Notes: generated from the letters alone by a model not told the origin. DNA of 63,732 bases, filler included, from Octopus bimaculoides (GCF_001194135.2; 5 parts of 4 records of this genome joined end to end with filler, not necessarily neighbours in it); one strand, 5' to 3'. Shown: positions 39,257 through 50,869, counted from the first letter of the whole stretch. Program-made: numbers and translations.

Positions 39257-40075
39257 GTAAGTTAATGGTTACCTGTTCAAGTTGTTCTTTATTTTCCCAT
39301 TTATAAAATCTGATCTCAGATATTCATTCATAAAGTAAAGCTGGTGCCCACCTCTTGGGGTTCGTAGTCTTTTGAGCTGGCACAAAGATACACACACACA
39401 CATATATGTGTGTGTGTGTATATATATATATATNNNNNNNNNNNNNNNNNNNNNNNNNNNNNNNNNNNNNNNNNNNNNNNNNNNNNNNNNNNNNNNNNNN
39501 NNNNNNNNNNNNNNNNNNNNNNNNNNNNNNNNNNNNNNNNNNNNNNNNNNNNNNNNNNNNNNNNNNNNNNNNNNNNNNNNNNNNNNNNNNNNNNNNNNNN
39601 NNNNNNNNNNNNNNNNNNNNNNNNNNNNNNNNNNNNNNNNNNNNNNNNNNNNNNNNNNNNNNNNNNNNNNNNNNNNNNNNNNNNNNNNNNNNNNNNNNNN
39701 NNNNNNNNNNNNNNNNNNNNNNNNNNNNNNNNNNNNNNNNNNNNNNNNNNNNNNNNNNNNNNNNNNNNNNNNNNNNNNNNNNNNNNNNNNNNNNNNNNNN
39801 NNNNNNNNNNNNNNNNNNNNNNNNNNNNNNNNNNNNNNNNNNNNNNNNNNNNNNNNNNNNNNNNNNNNNNNNNNNNNNNNNNNNNNNNNNNNNNNNNNNN
39901 NNNNNNNNNNNNNNNNNNNNNNNNNNNNNNNNNNNNNNNNNNNNNNNNNNNNNNNNNNNNNNNNNNNNNNNNNNNNNNNNNNNNNNNNNNNNNNNNNNNN
40001 NNNNNNNNNNNNNNNNNNNNNNNNNNNNNNNNNNNNNNNNNNNNNNNNNNNNNNNNNNNNNNNNNNNNNNNNNNN

Positions 40076-40109
<34 letters not shown>

Positions 40110-40315
40110 CAACATGCTTTTCTCAGTTTTTGTCTACCAAATCCACTCACAAAGGTTTGGTCAGTCCAAAGTGCCACACAGTGGGACTGAACCTGCAACT
40201 ATGTGGTTGGGAAGCAAGCTTCTGACCACACAGCCATGTCTATATATATTTTTTTTTCTTTGTGATATAAACCTAGTTTTACATCAAAATAATCTTTCTT
40301 TTTTTCACAATCTAG

Positions 40316-40625
40316 GTTGACAGAGTACCATCAGAGGTTTTAATATTCTTCAAACTAAGACTGGAAGTTATAACTCCTGACAACCTACACAATAACATCT
40401 GTATCTCTTCCATCATTGATTCCCCTTTCAATACCTTCTACAATGTCATCAAAAGCCTTTATGCGCCAGTATTTCTTGAGGACACAAACTGGAATCAGCT
40501 GATGGATCCTCAACTCCAAAAACTGCTTGCTGAACTTATAGCTGGTCTGAAATCTTCTTTGAGAAAACAGAATCTTGCTTCTGGAGACAAAAAGGATGCA
40601 GATCTTGATGAAGACAATTTTGGAG
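40316..40625 (+). CDS. DYNC2H1: Cytoplasmic dynein-2 heavy chain 1, second coding exon (103 codons + 1 nt)
   Basis: Acceptor TTTTTTCACAATCTAG|, in frame with exon 1. Translation VDRVPSEVLIFFKLRLEVITPDNLHNNICISSIIDSPFNTFYNVIKSLYAPVFLEDTNWNQLMDPQLQKLLAELIAGLKSSLRKQ...DEDNFG matches the DYNC2H1 pattern VLVFFKLRPEVIT..NLH.NI..SS...SP....FAP...DP.LQ.LL.EL.AGL. Donor GAG|GTTGGT at 40626. No later exons were found; the segment ends at the linker at 41096. Confidence 0.92.
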
Positions 40626-40871
40626 GTTGGTTTCTGGTTTTATATCTTTTTCTCTTTTATTTCTTGTCTTTTACTTATTTCAGTCTTTGAACTGTGGCCA
40701 TGCTGGGGCACCACCTTGGCAAGTTTTAGTCCAACTCGTCAACACCTGTACTTATATTTATAATGTCTGCTACTTGTCTTGTTGGTCTATTTTGCTCAAC
40801 CATTAAGTTATCGGGACATTAACAAACCAACACTGGTTCTCTGGTGATATATATATATATATATATATATA

Positions 40872-41095
40872 TTGGGTTGTCCGGAAAGTTTGTGCCGATT
40901 TTTAAAGGAAAGAAAAAGGTCGATAAATACTTGCCACTAGATTTTTAATCAATCAAATATGAACCATTTTGTTGCACAATGCATCTCCATCTTTCCTTTA
41001 ACTTGAAAATACCCTCTTCCCAGAATTGAGGTGATTTCATGGCAAATAAGTCGAAAGGTAAGCTACTATAAATCGGCACAAACTTTCCGGACAAC
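40872..41095 (-). mobile_element. Mariner-derived MITE (internally deleted)
   Basis: 26-bp TIRs GTTGTCCGGAAAGTTTGTGCCGATTT / AAATCGGCACAAACTTTCCGGACAAC after a TA run. The interior encodes the mariner C-terminus FWEEGIFKL..RWRCIVQQNGSYLID*. Confidence 0.9.
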
Positions 41096-41195
41096 NNNNN
41101 NNNNNNNNNNNNNNNNNNNNNNNNNNNNNNNNNNNNNNNTTAATTAATTAANNNNNNNNNNNNNNNNNNNNNNNNNNNNNNNNNNNNNNNNNNNN
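41096..41195. other. Artificial 100-bp scaffold/contig spacer
   Basis: 44 N + TTAATTAATTAA + 44 N. Confidence 0.95.
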
Positions 41196-41256
41196 TCCTG
41201 ACTTGTTTTTTGTCCGCCGCTACATTCCTCCATGGCAAGGTTTAATTTGTGTATAC

Positions 41257-41588
41257 AAATTTAATTTGCGGTCCATGGGAAGAGCCGTTTTAACGATGCG
41301 TCCTACTCAGCTCTTCGAAACGCCGGTGTTAAAACAGGGGTAGCTGATGAAGGAGAATGTTCTCTATGTGGCTTGTGTGTTTTCTCGTCTACGTTTTGTT
41401 TGCAATGTCCTGTACCCAGATATGCAAAAAAACGTGGACAAAATGATAAACGGAATACAGAAAACACACAGGCCACATAGAGAACATTTCCTTCATCAGC
41501 TGCCACCATTCTAAAACTAAGCGTTTCGAAGAGTTAGGGCAGGACGCATTGTTAGAATGGCTCATCCCACGGACCACAAATTAAATTT
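41257..41588. mobile_element. Fold-back element (two diverged inverted arms of about 135 bp), possibly inverted Penelope pLTRs
   Basis: AAATTTAATTTGCGGTCC...CTTCGAAACG...GCTGATGAAGGA...TGTGTTTTC and its imperfect reverse complement. Confidence 0.75.
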
Positions 41589-41677
41589 AAAAGAGCATTC
41601 CAAAATGTAACTACACGTAGACTGTTGACGATTTTCCCCCTTCTTCCTTTTCTGTTGGACTTTGCTCTGTTTCCTAT

Positions 41678-41709
41678 TTCCTAAGAAGAGCTTTGCTCGA
41701 AACGTAGAA
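41678..41709 (+). ncRNA. Degenerate minimal hammerhead motif (G5 missing)
   Basis: TTC-CT(-)AAGA-A-GAGC-TTT-GCTC-GAA-ACGT-A-GAA, with the same stem II/III as 18398-18434. Confidence 0.45.
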
Positions 41710-41976
41710 CAATCACTCTTTCTTTCCTTCTCTGAGCGTCTCTTTAATCCTTTGCATGTTGCACGTCCACGCGTTGTTCTTTTTTTTCATGTCATTTTTC
41801 TCCGTTTTATTTATGTGTGTTTAAAATTTTTTTCTAACTTTGGCGCAAAGTCAACAACTTCTTAGAGGAAGGGATTTGTTTAATACCAGCGACCCCAGTA
41901 CTCGACTGGTACGTATCTTATCGAACCCGCAGTGATGAAATGCAAAGTTAACCTCGATGGGACTTGAACTGAGAAT

Positions 41977-42656
41977 GGATCTTTTCTGTTTGGCTGCCAA
42001 TTTCAATTTCTTTTCGAATTGGTTTCATATTCAGTGTAATAGTACACTTTTATAAGCTAATCAATGACATGAAAATCATTTTCACTATAAATCAATAAAT
42101 AAAGACTTATTAACAACTAAAGTTTCAAAAATTTGGTTATTTTAGCCAATCGTAAGTCACAGATATATTCATACCTGTTTCCATAGTAACAAGCCGAACA
42201 TGAGAACTCTTTTGTCTGCGAGAAAGCACGTGTTGACAAATATATTGAAGCTACTTGTTGACGCTGTGTTCTACCGCTCTGTTTCATTACGGTAGCAATC
42301 TTCGGTAACCTCACATGTATGAGAGAGATCGCATTTAATGGATATTGAACGCTTAAAACTACAAAAGACGTTTACTCATTTTCCTGTGTAGAATACAAAT
42401 ATTGACAACACGTGCCATTTTGAAGATGTTGATAAAATGTGCTGTCACGCACAAAATGGCAGCTTTCAAATCCTGTTTCCTGACTGGGTGAAAATAATCA
42501 AACTTTAAACCTCTATAACTTTTTTTATGTTTAAATCCTGGAAAAAGTGAAATGACTCCAGCAATTCAGCTCGGTAAACTACATTAATGTATCAAATTTT
42601 AAAATTTTCGATAAACTTTAATTTTTGAAACATTGGCAGCCAAACGGAAAAGATCT
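41977..42656. mobile_element. Non-autonomous TIR DNA transposon with GGATC terminus and 8-bp TSD (Merlin- or MULE-like), inserted in a Nin-type SINE
   Basis: TIRs GGATCTTTTCTGTTTGGCTGCCAAT / ATTGGCAGCCAAACGGAAAAGATCT. TSD CTGAGAAT at 41969-41976 and 42657-42664. The SINE resumes after it. Confidence 0.88.
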
Positions 42657-43004
42657 CTGAGAATTGTAAACAGCCGGAAGAAATGCCACTAAATATTTTG
42701 TCTGACGTTCTAACAATTTTTCCAGCTTTAAAGAAAGTTTAATAATAACAATGGAACTGATGATGTGACGCTATATTGAGAATAGTCAAATTTATTGTGA
42801 AGAATCAAGTTAACTCGTTTCAAATTTCGTCTGGCAGCTTGTCCTACCAGTGAAGAAACCTATGTCTAATTTTGTTTTTATATAGGAAGGAACGTCTCCT
42901 CAAAAGATTAGTCTGAGTTTATGCTGAGTTTTGCAATTTGTTAAAAGAAATTACAACGACGTTAGTAAAGAAGATATATCGGTAATAATCAAGAAATATT
43001 TTAA

Positions 43005-43174
43005 GTTGATAAAATGTGCTGTCACGCACAAAATGGCAGCTTTCAAATCCTGTTTCCTGACTGAGTGAAAATAATCAAACTTTAAACCTCTATAAATTTT
43101 TTTTGTTTAAATCCTGGAAAAAGTAAAATGACTCCAGCTATTCAGCTCGGTAAACTACATTAATGTATCAAATT
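43005..43174 (+). repeat. Near-identical copy of internal segment 42428-42598
   Basis: GTTGATAAAATGTGCTGTCACGCAC...TAATGTATCAAATT repeated with few substitutions and no TIRs. Confidence 0.9.
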
Positions 43175-43784
43175 GAAAGTAAAGATTAAGTAGGGAGTGG
43201 TGATAACAAATAAAATTTAACACAGAAATGTAAGAGGATATACGAAATATAAAGAATGGGATTGTTTATTAGGAACAGATTAATAGTTTCAGGAAAGAAA
43301 TTTATCATTCAGGGTGTCTAATAAATAGATTATCCTCAATAATGATTCATTTTACTAAAGAAAGTTAATGTGTTATATGGAAGTTATGTGGAAATTTTTT
43401 TACCTGTCCATAAAAATATTCACATAAATTCCATACGTCACTAAGTTTCTTAAGGACAAAACATTGTTGATGTCAATCCATTCACGAGATACCCTGAATT
43501 ACGTCAAGGTACCATTCTTTTCAAAGCCAAATATTGACCTATATCCAGTGAACATTCCCATCCTTTTTACTATTATATTTTTTAATATATTTTTACCTTT
43601 TATATTTATTCTCTATGCGCTATACCTAATCTTTTCTTTCACGTATCCGTCTACTGAACCGTTTACTTAATCTAATTTTGTTCTTTAAACATTTATATAG
43701 ATTGCTACCTCGAATAAAATAAAAATTCCTTTTATTGTAATTTCTGTAACAAATTGTAAATCTCATTTAATACACCCATATATT

Positions 43785-44524
43785 GGATCTATTTTAAAAC
43801 GGGGGCCACAGTTTTCATTAATGTTTTACGTAGTGTTTTTGGTACCGAAAGACTTTCAAACTTCGTATACTTATCTATTTTGTGTTATAGAACAGAAAAA
43901 TATTTTTGTATTCGAATTTATTTCATGTAAAAAATTGTCTTATTTCGATAATTTCAACCAATCACTGACAAGTATTCAGTTGTTTACATTTACTCCTTTG
44001 GCTGATTAAGCGGTGTAAAGCGTATTTAATCTCCATAACTTCTGACATTTGCAGAGAGGCAACACGTGTGTTCATTTCCCTTCGTTAAATTTGCTTTTTT
44101 TTCATTTTAAATTTGCTTTTTTCATTTTCTTCGTTTTATTTGCTTTTTTCTTTTTAAATTTGCTGTTTTACCCTAACCCTAAGGTTAGGGTTAGGGTTAG
44201 CCTATAATAGAAAAGTTTATTAGCTACTGCCAATATGCTTCAGCCATTTTTTGACAAGGAAATAATAATTTTATCACCGATAGAATTGTTTCAGAATCGT
44301 TTGTTTATGTAGTCGGCACTTAATGTATATCGGCTGAATGGACGTCAGTGATTGGTTGAAATTACAGAAATACGACAACTTTAACATGGAATAACTTAGG
44401 GATTTCTTTTTTTTTTAAGAAGACTAAGAGAAAAAGATGTTTTATATGACACATTCTACCAGTATCCCAAGTTTCAAAGTGTTTCGTTAAGAAAATACTG
44501 TGGCCCCCGTTTTAAAAAAGATCC
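43785..44524. mobile_element. Second GGATC-terminated TIR element with 8-bp TSD
   Basis: TIRs GGATCTATTTTAAAACGGGGGCCACAGT / ACTGTGGCCCCCGTTTTAAAAAAGATCC. TSD CATATATT at 43777-43784 and 44525-44532. Confidence 0.88.
44171..44200. repeat. Palindromic telomere-like repeat (CCCTAA)2-GG-(TTAGGG)2TTAG inside the TIR element
   Basis: Read directly from the sequence. Confidence 0.9.
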
Positions 44525-45790
44525 CATATATTTCGATGAGGATTTCTTATTACATATTTATAAAAAAAAAACTATTTGACAAAATTACCCTTATGGAATT
44601 GTATAAAAGTTAGATCTTATTATTCGATTGCCTTGGTACCCCGCACCCCCCAACTTTCAACCTATATCCACAGAATGCCCCTAAGTTCTATGTATCTCTG
44701 CTCACCTCACTTTGTCCTTTAGCCTTAGCTAGTGAATCCTAAACCCCGACCCTATGCCTAATTGGCTTATACGCTTTATTTTTCTTCACCCTTACTTTTG
44801 CTTTATTTATTCTTTCTTTCTATATCCTTAATTTATATTAGGATCCCTCCTTGCTTCCCACTGCTCTAAGCCTCCTATAATAAAATATTACCTACACCCC
44901 ACTCCAAAATACCTAAGAACCAGTCCAGCAGACTCCTATCTCACACGATTCACCCACCTTAGATATCATATTGCACACTTTCAAGAACTATATTATTAAC
45001 TTCAACGGCCAACTTTGTTGGTCATTCTCCCATTTCATAGTTGGCCTCGACAGACTTCAGCCACATTCCTACTGTATTCTTGGGATATTCTTTTGTTTGT
45101 AAAATTACGCTTCATTTAATGGTTTTGTAATGATGTAATTGTCTCATTCTTCTATTAAAAAATGCGTAAGAAACAGCTGTAATGAGCTGACAATTATCCA
45201 TCGTATGTTATTACTCATTCAATTATGATACACCAAGGGGATTTACGACTTGTCGGACACCCTAGACTATACCAACAACGTACAATTCAACGTAATGCGT
45301 GATTTGGACAAGCCCTTTGGCGCTAAATACTCATAAGGTTGGTTTTCTCTGTGCACACAACCAGGATATCCTATTTAATACTAACCAACCATGGGCCGGA
45401 ACCACAGATTTATCAAAGACGGATGTGAAATAATTCCGTAATGTAATTATTCTATTGTTCCAGTCCCAATTTGAATTCCAACTGTTGGCCACTTTCTCGC
45501 AAAGTTTTTATCTCAACGTAAAATTAATGAAGCGAATGTCTCTTATCTCCCCCTTGATTTCTGAAGTCATCTGACAAACGCCAACCGAGATGGTGTGTAT
45601 CAGCAAGTTTTACGCGCTAGAAACAGCAAACCCAAATGGTTTTAAAATATCCTATTGTTGGATGTTCAAGAACCAAATGAAGGGCAGATTTTCAATCCCA
45701 AGATAATCCTGATTCCAAAAAGGTATGTGTCTATGTAGAGCAAATCTAGACAGAGATACAAGGGTCCCAGGGGGACATACAGAATTTCGC

Positions 45791-45845
<55 letters not shown>

Positions 45846-46132
45846 GAGTGAGAGAGCAGTGCATGCCATCAAAGTGACACTGGGGTAAAATATACGAAGC
45901 CCATTATACCCATCATGACTACCCGTCTGATAAGAGTATACTAGGCACAACCATATATGCGCGACATGGTGATCTCATATCATATCAAGATAAACAGTGC
46001 ATGACCTTGCAGTTGGTGCCTAGTTAGCATTTTCTTCAGGTCGAGTCTCCCATCCCGCTCAAAAGGTCCCTGAATAAGGTTTGTTTAAGGATGTTGAGCA
46101 AAACACCCATGTTTCCAAAGGTGAATTATTCA

Positions 46133-46134
<2 letters not shown>
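45846..46134 (-). mobile_element. Non-coding retroposon of about 280 bp flanked by (AAT)n on both sides
   Basis: Reverse complement of 54915-55180, in the same microsatellite context and polarity. Confidence 0.8.
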
Positions 46135-46193
<59 letters not shown>

Positions 46194-46195
<2 letters not shown>

Positions 46196-47187
46196 TTATT
46201 GTCTTTGCACAGCTTCTAACGCTGGAGATGTACTACGGTGCCAGCTGTTCACTACCAGTTAACTAAGGTAACATCCCTTATTTTTCGAGCACCATCCGGA
46301 GTATTCGAGCCGTTCCAAGCAGTGCTGTTTTCTGAAAGAGCTCCACCCTTATTGCAGCCCCTATTTGTTCCATGTACTTCTCAAGATTTTTATTCACTGC
46401 TCTCAGGGCTCCGACAATTATTGGTACTACTACCACCTTTTTCAGCGACCACAACTGCTTAACCTTCCAAACTAACCTGTTATATCGATTGACTCTTCTT
46501 TCTCCCTTATCGCAACATCTAGATATGGGACACTCCACCCAAAAAGTTACACAGACAGATAGTATGTACCAAGAAAAAAAGGGGGAAGATGACTGATTGG
46601 ATGCGAACACAGCATTTGAATAGAAGAAAACAACATAGCATGGTATCTAAAAAATGCCACAGAACTGCTATTCTTAGAAGTAAGAAGGTCAGGCTTGTGT
46701 AGGATGAAAGATTGCAAAGATAAAGCACTGTACAAGCACTTGAAAACGAATGAAACTGAAAATAGGTGGGTAAAGAAAAGAATGCATGGATAATTTCATA
46801 GGGATGTTGAAGATGAGACAGACAGAGAAAAAAGATGGCTGTGGATGACTAAACGTGATTTAAAACCGGGGACGGAGGCTCTAATCTGTGCTGCCCAAGA
46901 GCAAGCACTAAGAACAAATTACATCAAATACAGATTAGACAACACATCAGAAAGTGATAAGTGCAGAATTTGTGGACAGAATGGTGAAACCGTGTGGCAT
47001 ATTACCAGCCAATGTACGCCACTAGTCTAGAAGGAATATAAGAGACGCCACGACAATATAGCAAGGCTTGTCCATTGGACAGTTTGCAACAAGTATGCAC
47101 TTGACAGAGCAAAAAATTGGTACGACCAAAAACCCTAAAGGCATCATCGAAAATGATAATGCAAAGATCCAGTGAGATTTTATGATT
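46194..47187. mobile_element. R4/Dong-like LINE with 5' inversion
   Basis: 46194-46518 (-) encodes the RLE tail (..RYNRL..VVPIIVGAL..QKTALLGTARILR) plus an (AAT)n tail. 46519-47187 (+) encodes the upstream region (GTLHPK...ALICAAQEQALRTN...CRICG..GETVWHITSQC...KRRHDN...DFMI). Confidence 0.88.
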
Positions 47188-47189
47188 AT

Positions 47190-47400
47190 CATTAGTATTA
47201 CTATTTTCTCTGTACAGCTTCTAACGCTGGATACTGGTATACTGGTCTTTTCACCGCTAGATGGTAAGGGTTCGCTCCTCTGCTCACAATATATCGGACA
47301 CAAGTTGCGTCATTAACCAGCTGGAGGAGATGTCCTCCTGGGGCTAAAGAATTAGTAGTAACATAGTTCCGTACGGAACAGCCATGTTGAAGTGGCAAAA
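47190..47400 (-). mobile_element. Non-coding element sharing the 3' tail of the R4/Dong-like LINE
   Basis: CCAGCGTTAGAAGCTGT(A/G)CA.AGA.AAT terminus shared with 46194-46225. No RLE coding motif upstream. Confidence 0.55.
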
Positions 47401-47961
47401 AACATTACTTTTCATTATATTATTATTTATATAAAAATGTGTAAGGTGATATTTTTACAGAGTAACATCAACGACTGCGAAAACAACAAAACAACAATGT
47501 AATGATGTATTCCTTAAAAGGTCACGTGACATACTAGAAATGGCAGCCATATTTTCCTCAAAATGTACCCTGCCATCTACAATGATTTAATGTGCATTTA
47601 TTAGTAAAAGATATGGAGCTGTGTGCGCGGGTACATTTATCTGTATGCATACATAAATCTTCGTGTAAAAGTCAAGAATGACAAAGTAACCTGCAGCTGC
47701 TGAGATGAGTGAGGAAAGAATAGTGGAAATTTTCATAATTTTCTTTCCTTGATGCATAATGTCCGGTGGTTAAATATAGAAATCCATAGAAATTTCCGGA
47801 AATAACTACATAATAAAAGAGTTGCGGTAGCAGGGTTATCTTTCTGAAATGTCACACAGTCATTTTCTTATATAGGAGTGCGTTATAGAATGTCATTCCG
47901 CTTTCAAAGAAGTAACGTACTATTTGAGTGAATTCAGCCGCTAATAAACAAACAAGTGTAA

Positions 47962-48074
<113 letters not shown>

Positions 48075-48781
48075 CGTGTGGTTGCGGGTCTCATGAAGTG
48101 CCATTTTTTTAAACCTAAAACCACAATATTGTGTAACTTTTCACATGGAACTTTGCGTACTGAAATTATTATAACTGGTAGTTAAAGATGTGCTAAACTC
48201 TTTGCCTTCCTATTTGGATTAAATTTTATTCTTCATTAAACTCATTTAATCAATTTTTACCGATGTAACACTTGGATTTTCTTCACCAGCAGGATTTTCA
48301 TCTTTCTTGAGACTCCAAATCAAAAGTGTAGATAGTCCCGAGCTTTGGTTGTCATACATATTTACACATAAAAATATCTATTTTTACATTTCTCGTTCTT
48401 TCTCACTTACTCTCTCTCACTCTCTCTCTCTCCATACATACATACATACATTCATACATACATACATACATACATACATACATACATAAGTAAGATTCAT
48501 TTGAATTAGGTACTTAAATTGAGGCATCTCGTTAGATCGGAATAATATACACATAACCATATTATGTAAATATCAAACTTGGCACACAAGTACCGACTGA
48601 ATGATATTCTTGCAGTGTATGTAGACGATTAGACCCAGCTAAGTGAAAAAATCCGCTTTTGAACTATTCAGACACTCACATTATATTAAATATACGGTCC
48701 ATAATATTTACGAAGGGTAGATTCCGAGACAGGTGAATAAAATAGAAATGAGTTACAGTTGAGGTACAGGTGCCAATCCAT

Positions 48782-49103
48782 TACGGCCGTTTCTAACGAC
48801 TCCTTTAATTGATTAATGAAAATATTACACCATTGTAAAGAAACCGTTTTCGTCAGATGAATTCATGAACTCCAAAATAAAAGCTATTCGAAATGATTTA
48901 ATATAGTTTAAAATCTACGGAGCAAAAACATTTACAGTGATTCTGCAACAATTTCAGTTGACAGAATTGGTTATTAAACTATGTTAAATCATTTCGAGTG
49001 TCCTTTATTTTGAAGTTCATGAATTTATCTGACGAAAATGGCTTCTTTACAATGATGTAATGTTTTCATTAACCAATTAAAGGAGTCGTTAGAAACAGCC
49101 GTA
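48782..49103. mobile_element. Tc1/mariner-type MITE with about 130-bp TIRs and TA flanks
   Basis: TA-CGGCCGTTTCTAACGACTCCTTTAATTG... / ...CAATTAAAGGAGTCGTTAGAAACAGCCG-TA. Confidence 0.88.
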
Positions 49104-50869
49104 CTGTATAGACACCTGTACCTCTACTGTGACTCATATTCACGCACGCACGCACGCACACACACACACACGCGCACACACACACGCACACACACACATA
49201 CGCGCGCGCGTGTGTATGTATATATCTATATATAAGTGTAGTACCTGTCAGAAGTATTGTTTAAGTACAAAGTATATCACTGAAACACGAATTATAAATG
49301 AGAAGATTTAATGTAGCAATTCCTTGATTACATCTTTTATAATGAGACCTGATTTCCTTGTGCGTTCATTTACCTTCGTAAACAAGACCGCTCATTTCAT
49401 GATTCTCATTGGACCTACTTGCAGCTACCCATTGATGAACTTGCGTATGGAAGAAATGAAATATTCTTGCTGCACTCGTGGAATATTTTATTATTCCAGT
49501 TATAAAATTATTGACCTTATAATTGATTTGCCGTCATTGAAACTGCTAGAATATCCGAAAATTGTTTCCTTTTTATAAACGATGCTAAAATTAGAGACAA
49601 AGGCATTTATTTATTGATCAATGCATTCTTTGTTTTTGTTCCTGCGAATATGTATGCCTCCAAATAAAGCCCGTAAAGTGATAAGATGACCACACAGCTA
49701 TTATTTAAATGTCCAACCCCTAAATTCAAAAGTCAAGGATGTATTATTATGTAGTCTTTACTCCATTTCTGGGTAGGGGTTATCTTGATAAAGATTGTTC
49801 AATCAAGAATACGATACGGAATTTATTGTCGAATCCTCATAATTATGCGTCAGCACTTCTGTATTTTGTAATACGATTTGTAATACGATTATTAAGCATT
49901 AGTGTATTTTAGTTTATAGTTGTTTGGATTATCTTGATCGAAATTTCATATATTGATTCTTCACTTATAATATCTATCGATTTAGCATATATTTCTGAGA
50001 TATGCTTGACGGAATGCAGTTCTTATTCCCTTTAAACAAAAGTCCTTGCACTTCTTCCGATGACTAGATGTTCTCCTGGAGAAATATAAGAATGACGGAT
50101 GAAATATTCCTATATTTCTCCAATTGCATTTCCATGTCCGGGTGTAGCACATATATTTGGCCATTATTCATTTTATCATGAAATAAAAAGTTTTAGGTTT
50201 TGTTTAATGGAAATTTACTGGTTGACTATTATATTTATTGACGATATTTTATATATATTTACAGTTAAAAATAACCACCTTTTGTGTTCCCCATAGCCCT
50301 TAATATTTTTGAAACTGAAGTGCATGCTTCCTTTTGTATTTCTCTTCACCCTCTTCTGGTACAAAATGAAGTTTCTTCTTGGTGAAGCTATTTGCACCAC
50401 TTCAAACATTTTCCACACATTAAAAACAGTTTTTCCGCAAGCATTCAACTGTTTTATCGCCTCACAATTATTTATACCAGCCATTTTCAATGTTATAACT
50501 TCTCCATGTTTTGTTTGAGTTTCCTTGTTTAATTACGGGTGAAGAAAAGCAACAACTGTATTAGGAAGCGTTATACAACATTTGAAACTATTTTTGCGAA
50601 TAAGAATGTTTCAATTTATGTTTGAATAATCGGTAAATTATTATATTTAAATAGTAGGTAAATGTATACGCCGCACCCGATACGATCTTATAAGGAATGT
50701 TGATCACATGATTTTCTAGAATTCCATCGCCAGTTTGAAGAAACCAAGTCCAAAATGCATCTTACCATTTCCTGCAAGATTTAATTATTGCACGTATCTC
50801 CAGAATGCTAACTTGGTGCATGATTCAATGATATTGGTATTTGAGTCTCTTGAAATCCCATTTGATATT

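Noticed and set aside
41300-41360. Type II hammerhead reading (CTCTTC-GAA-ACG...CTGATGA-A-GGAGA)
   Set aside because: Stems II and III can be drawn but stem I cannot form in either arm.
44171-44200. Chromosome end-to-end fusion scar
   Set aside because: The order is CCCTAA then TTAGGG (opposite to a fusion), it is very short, and it lies inside a TIR element with a TSD.
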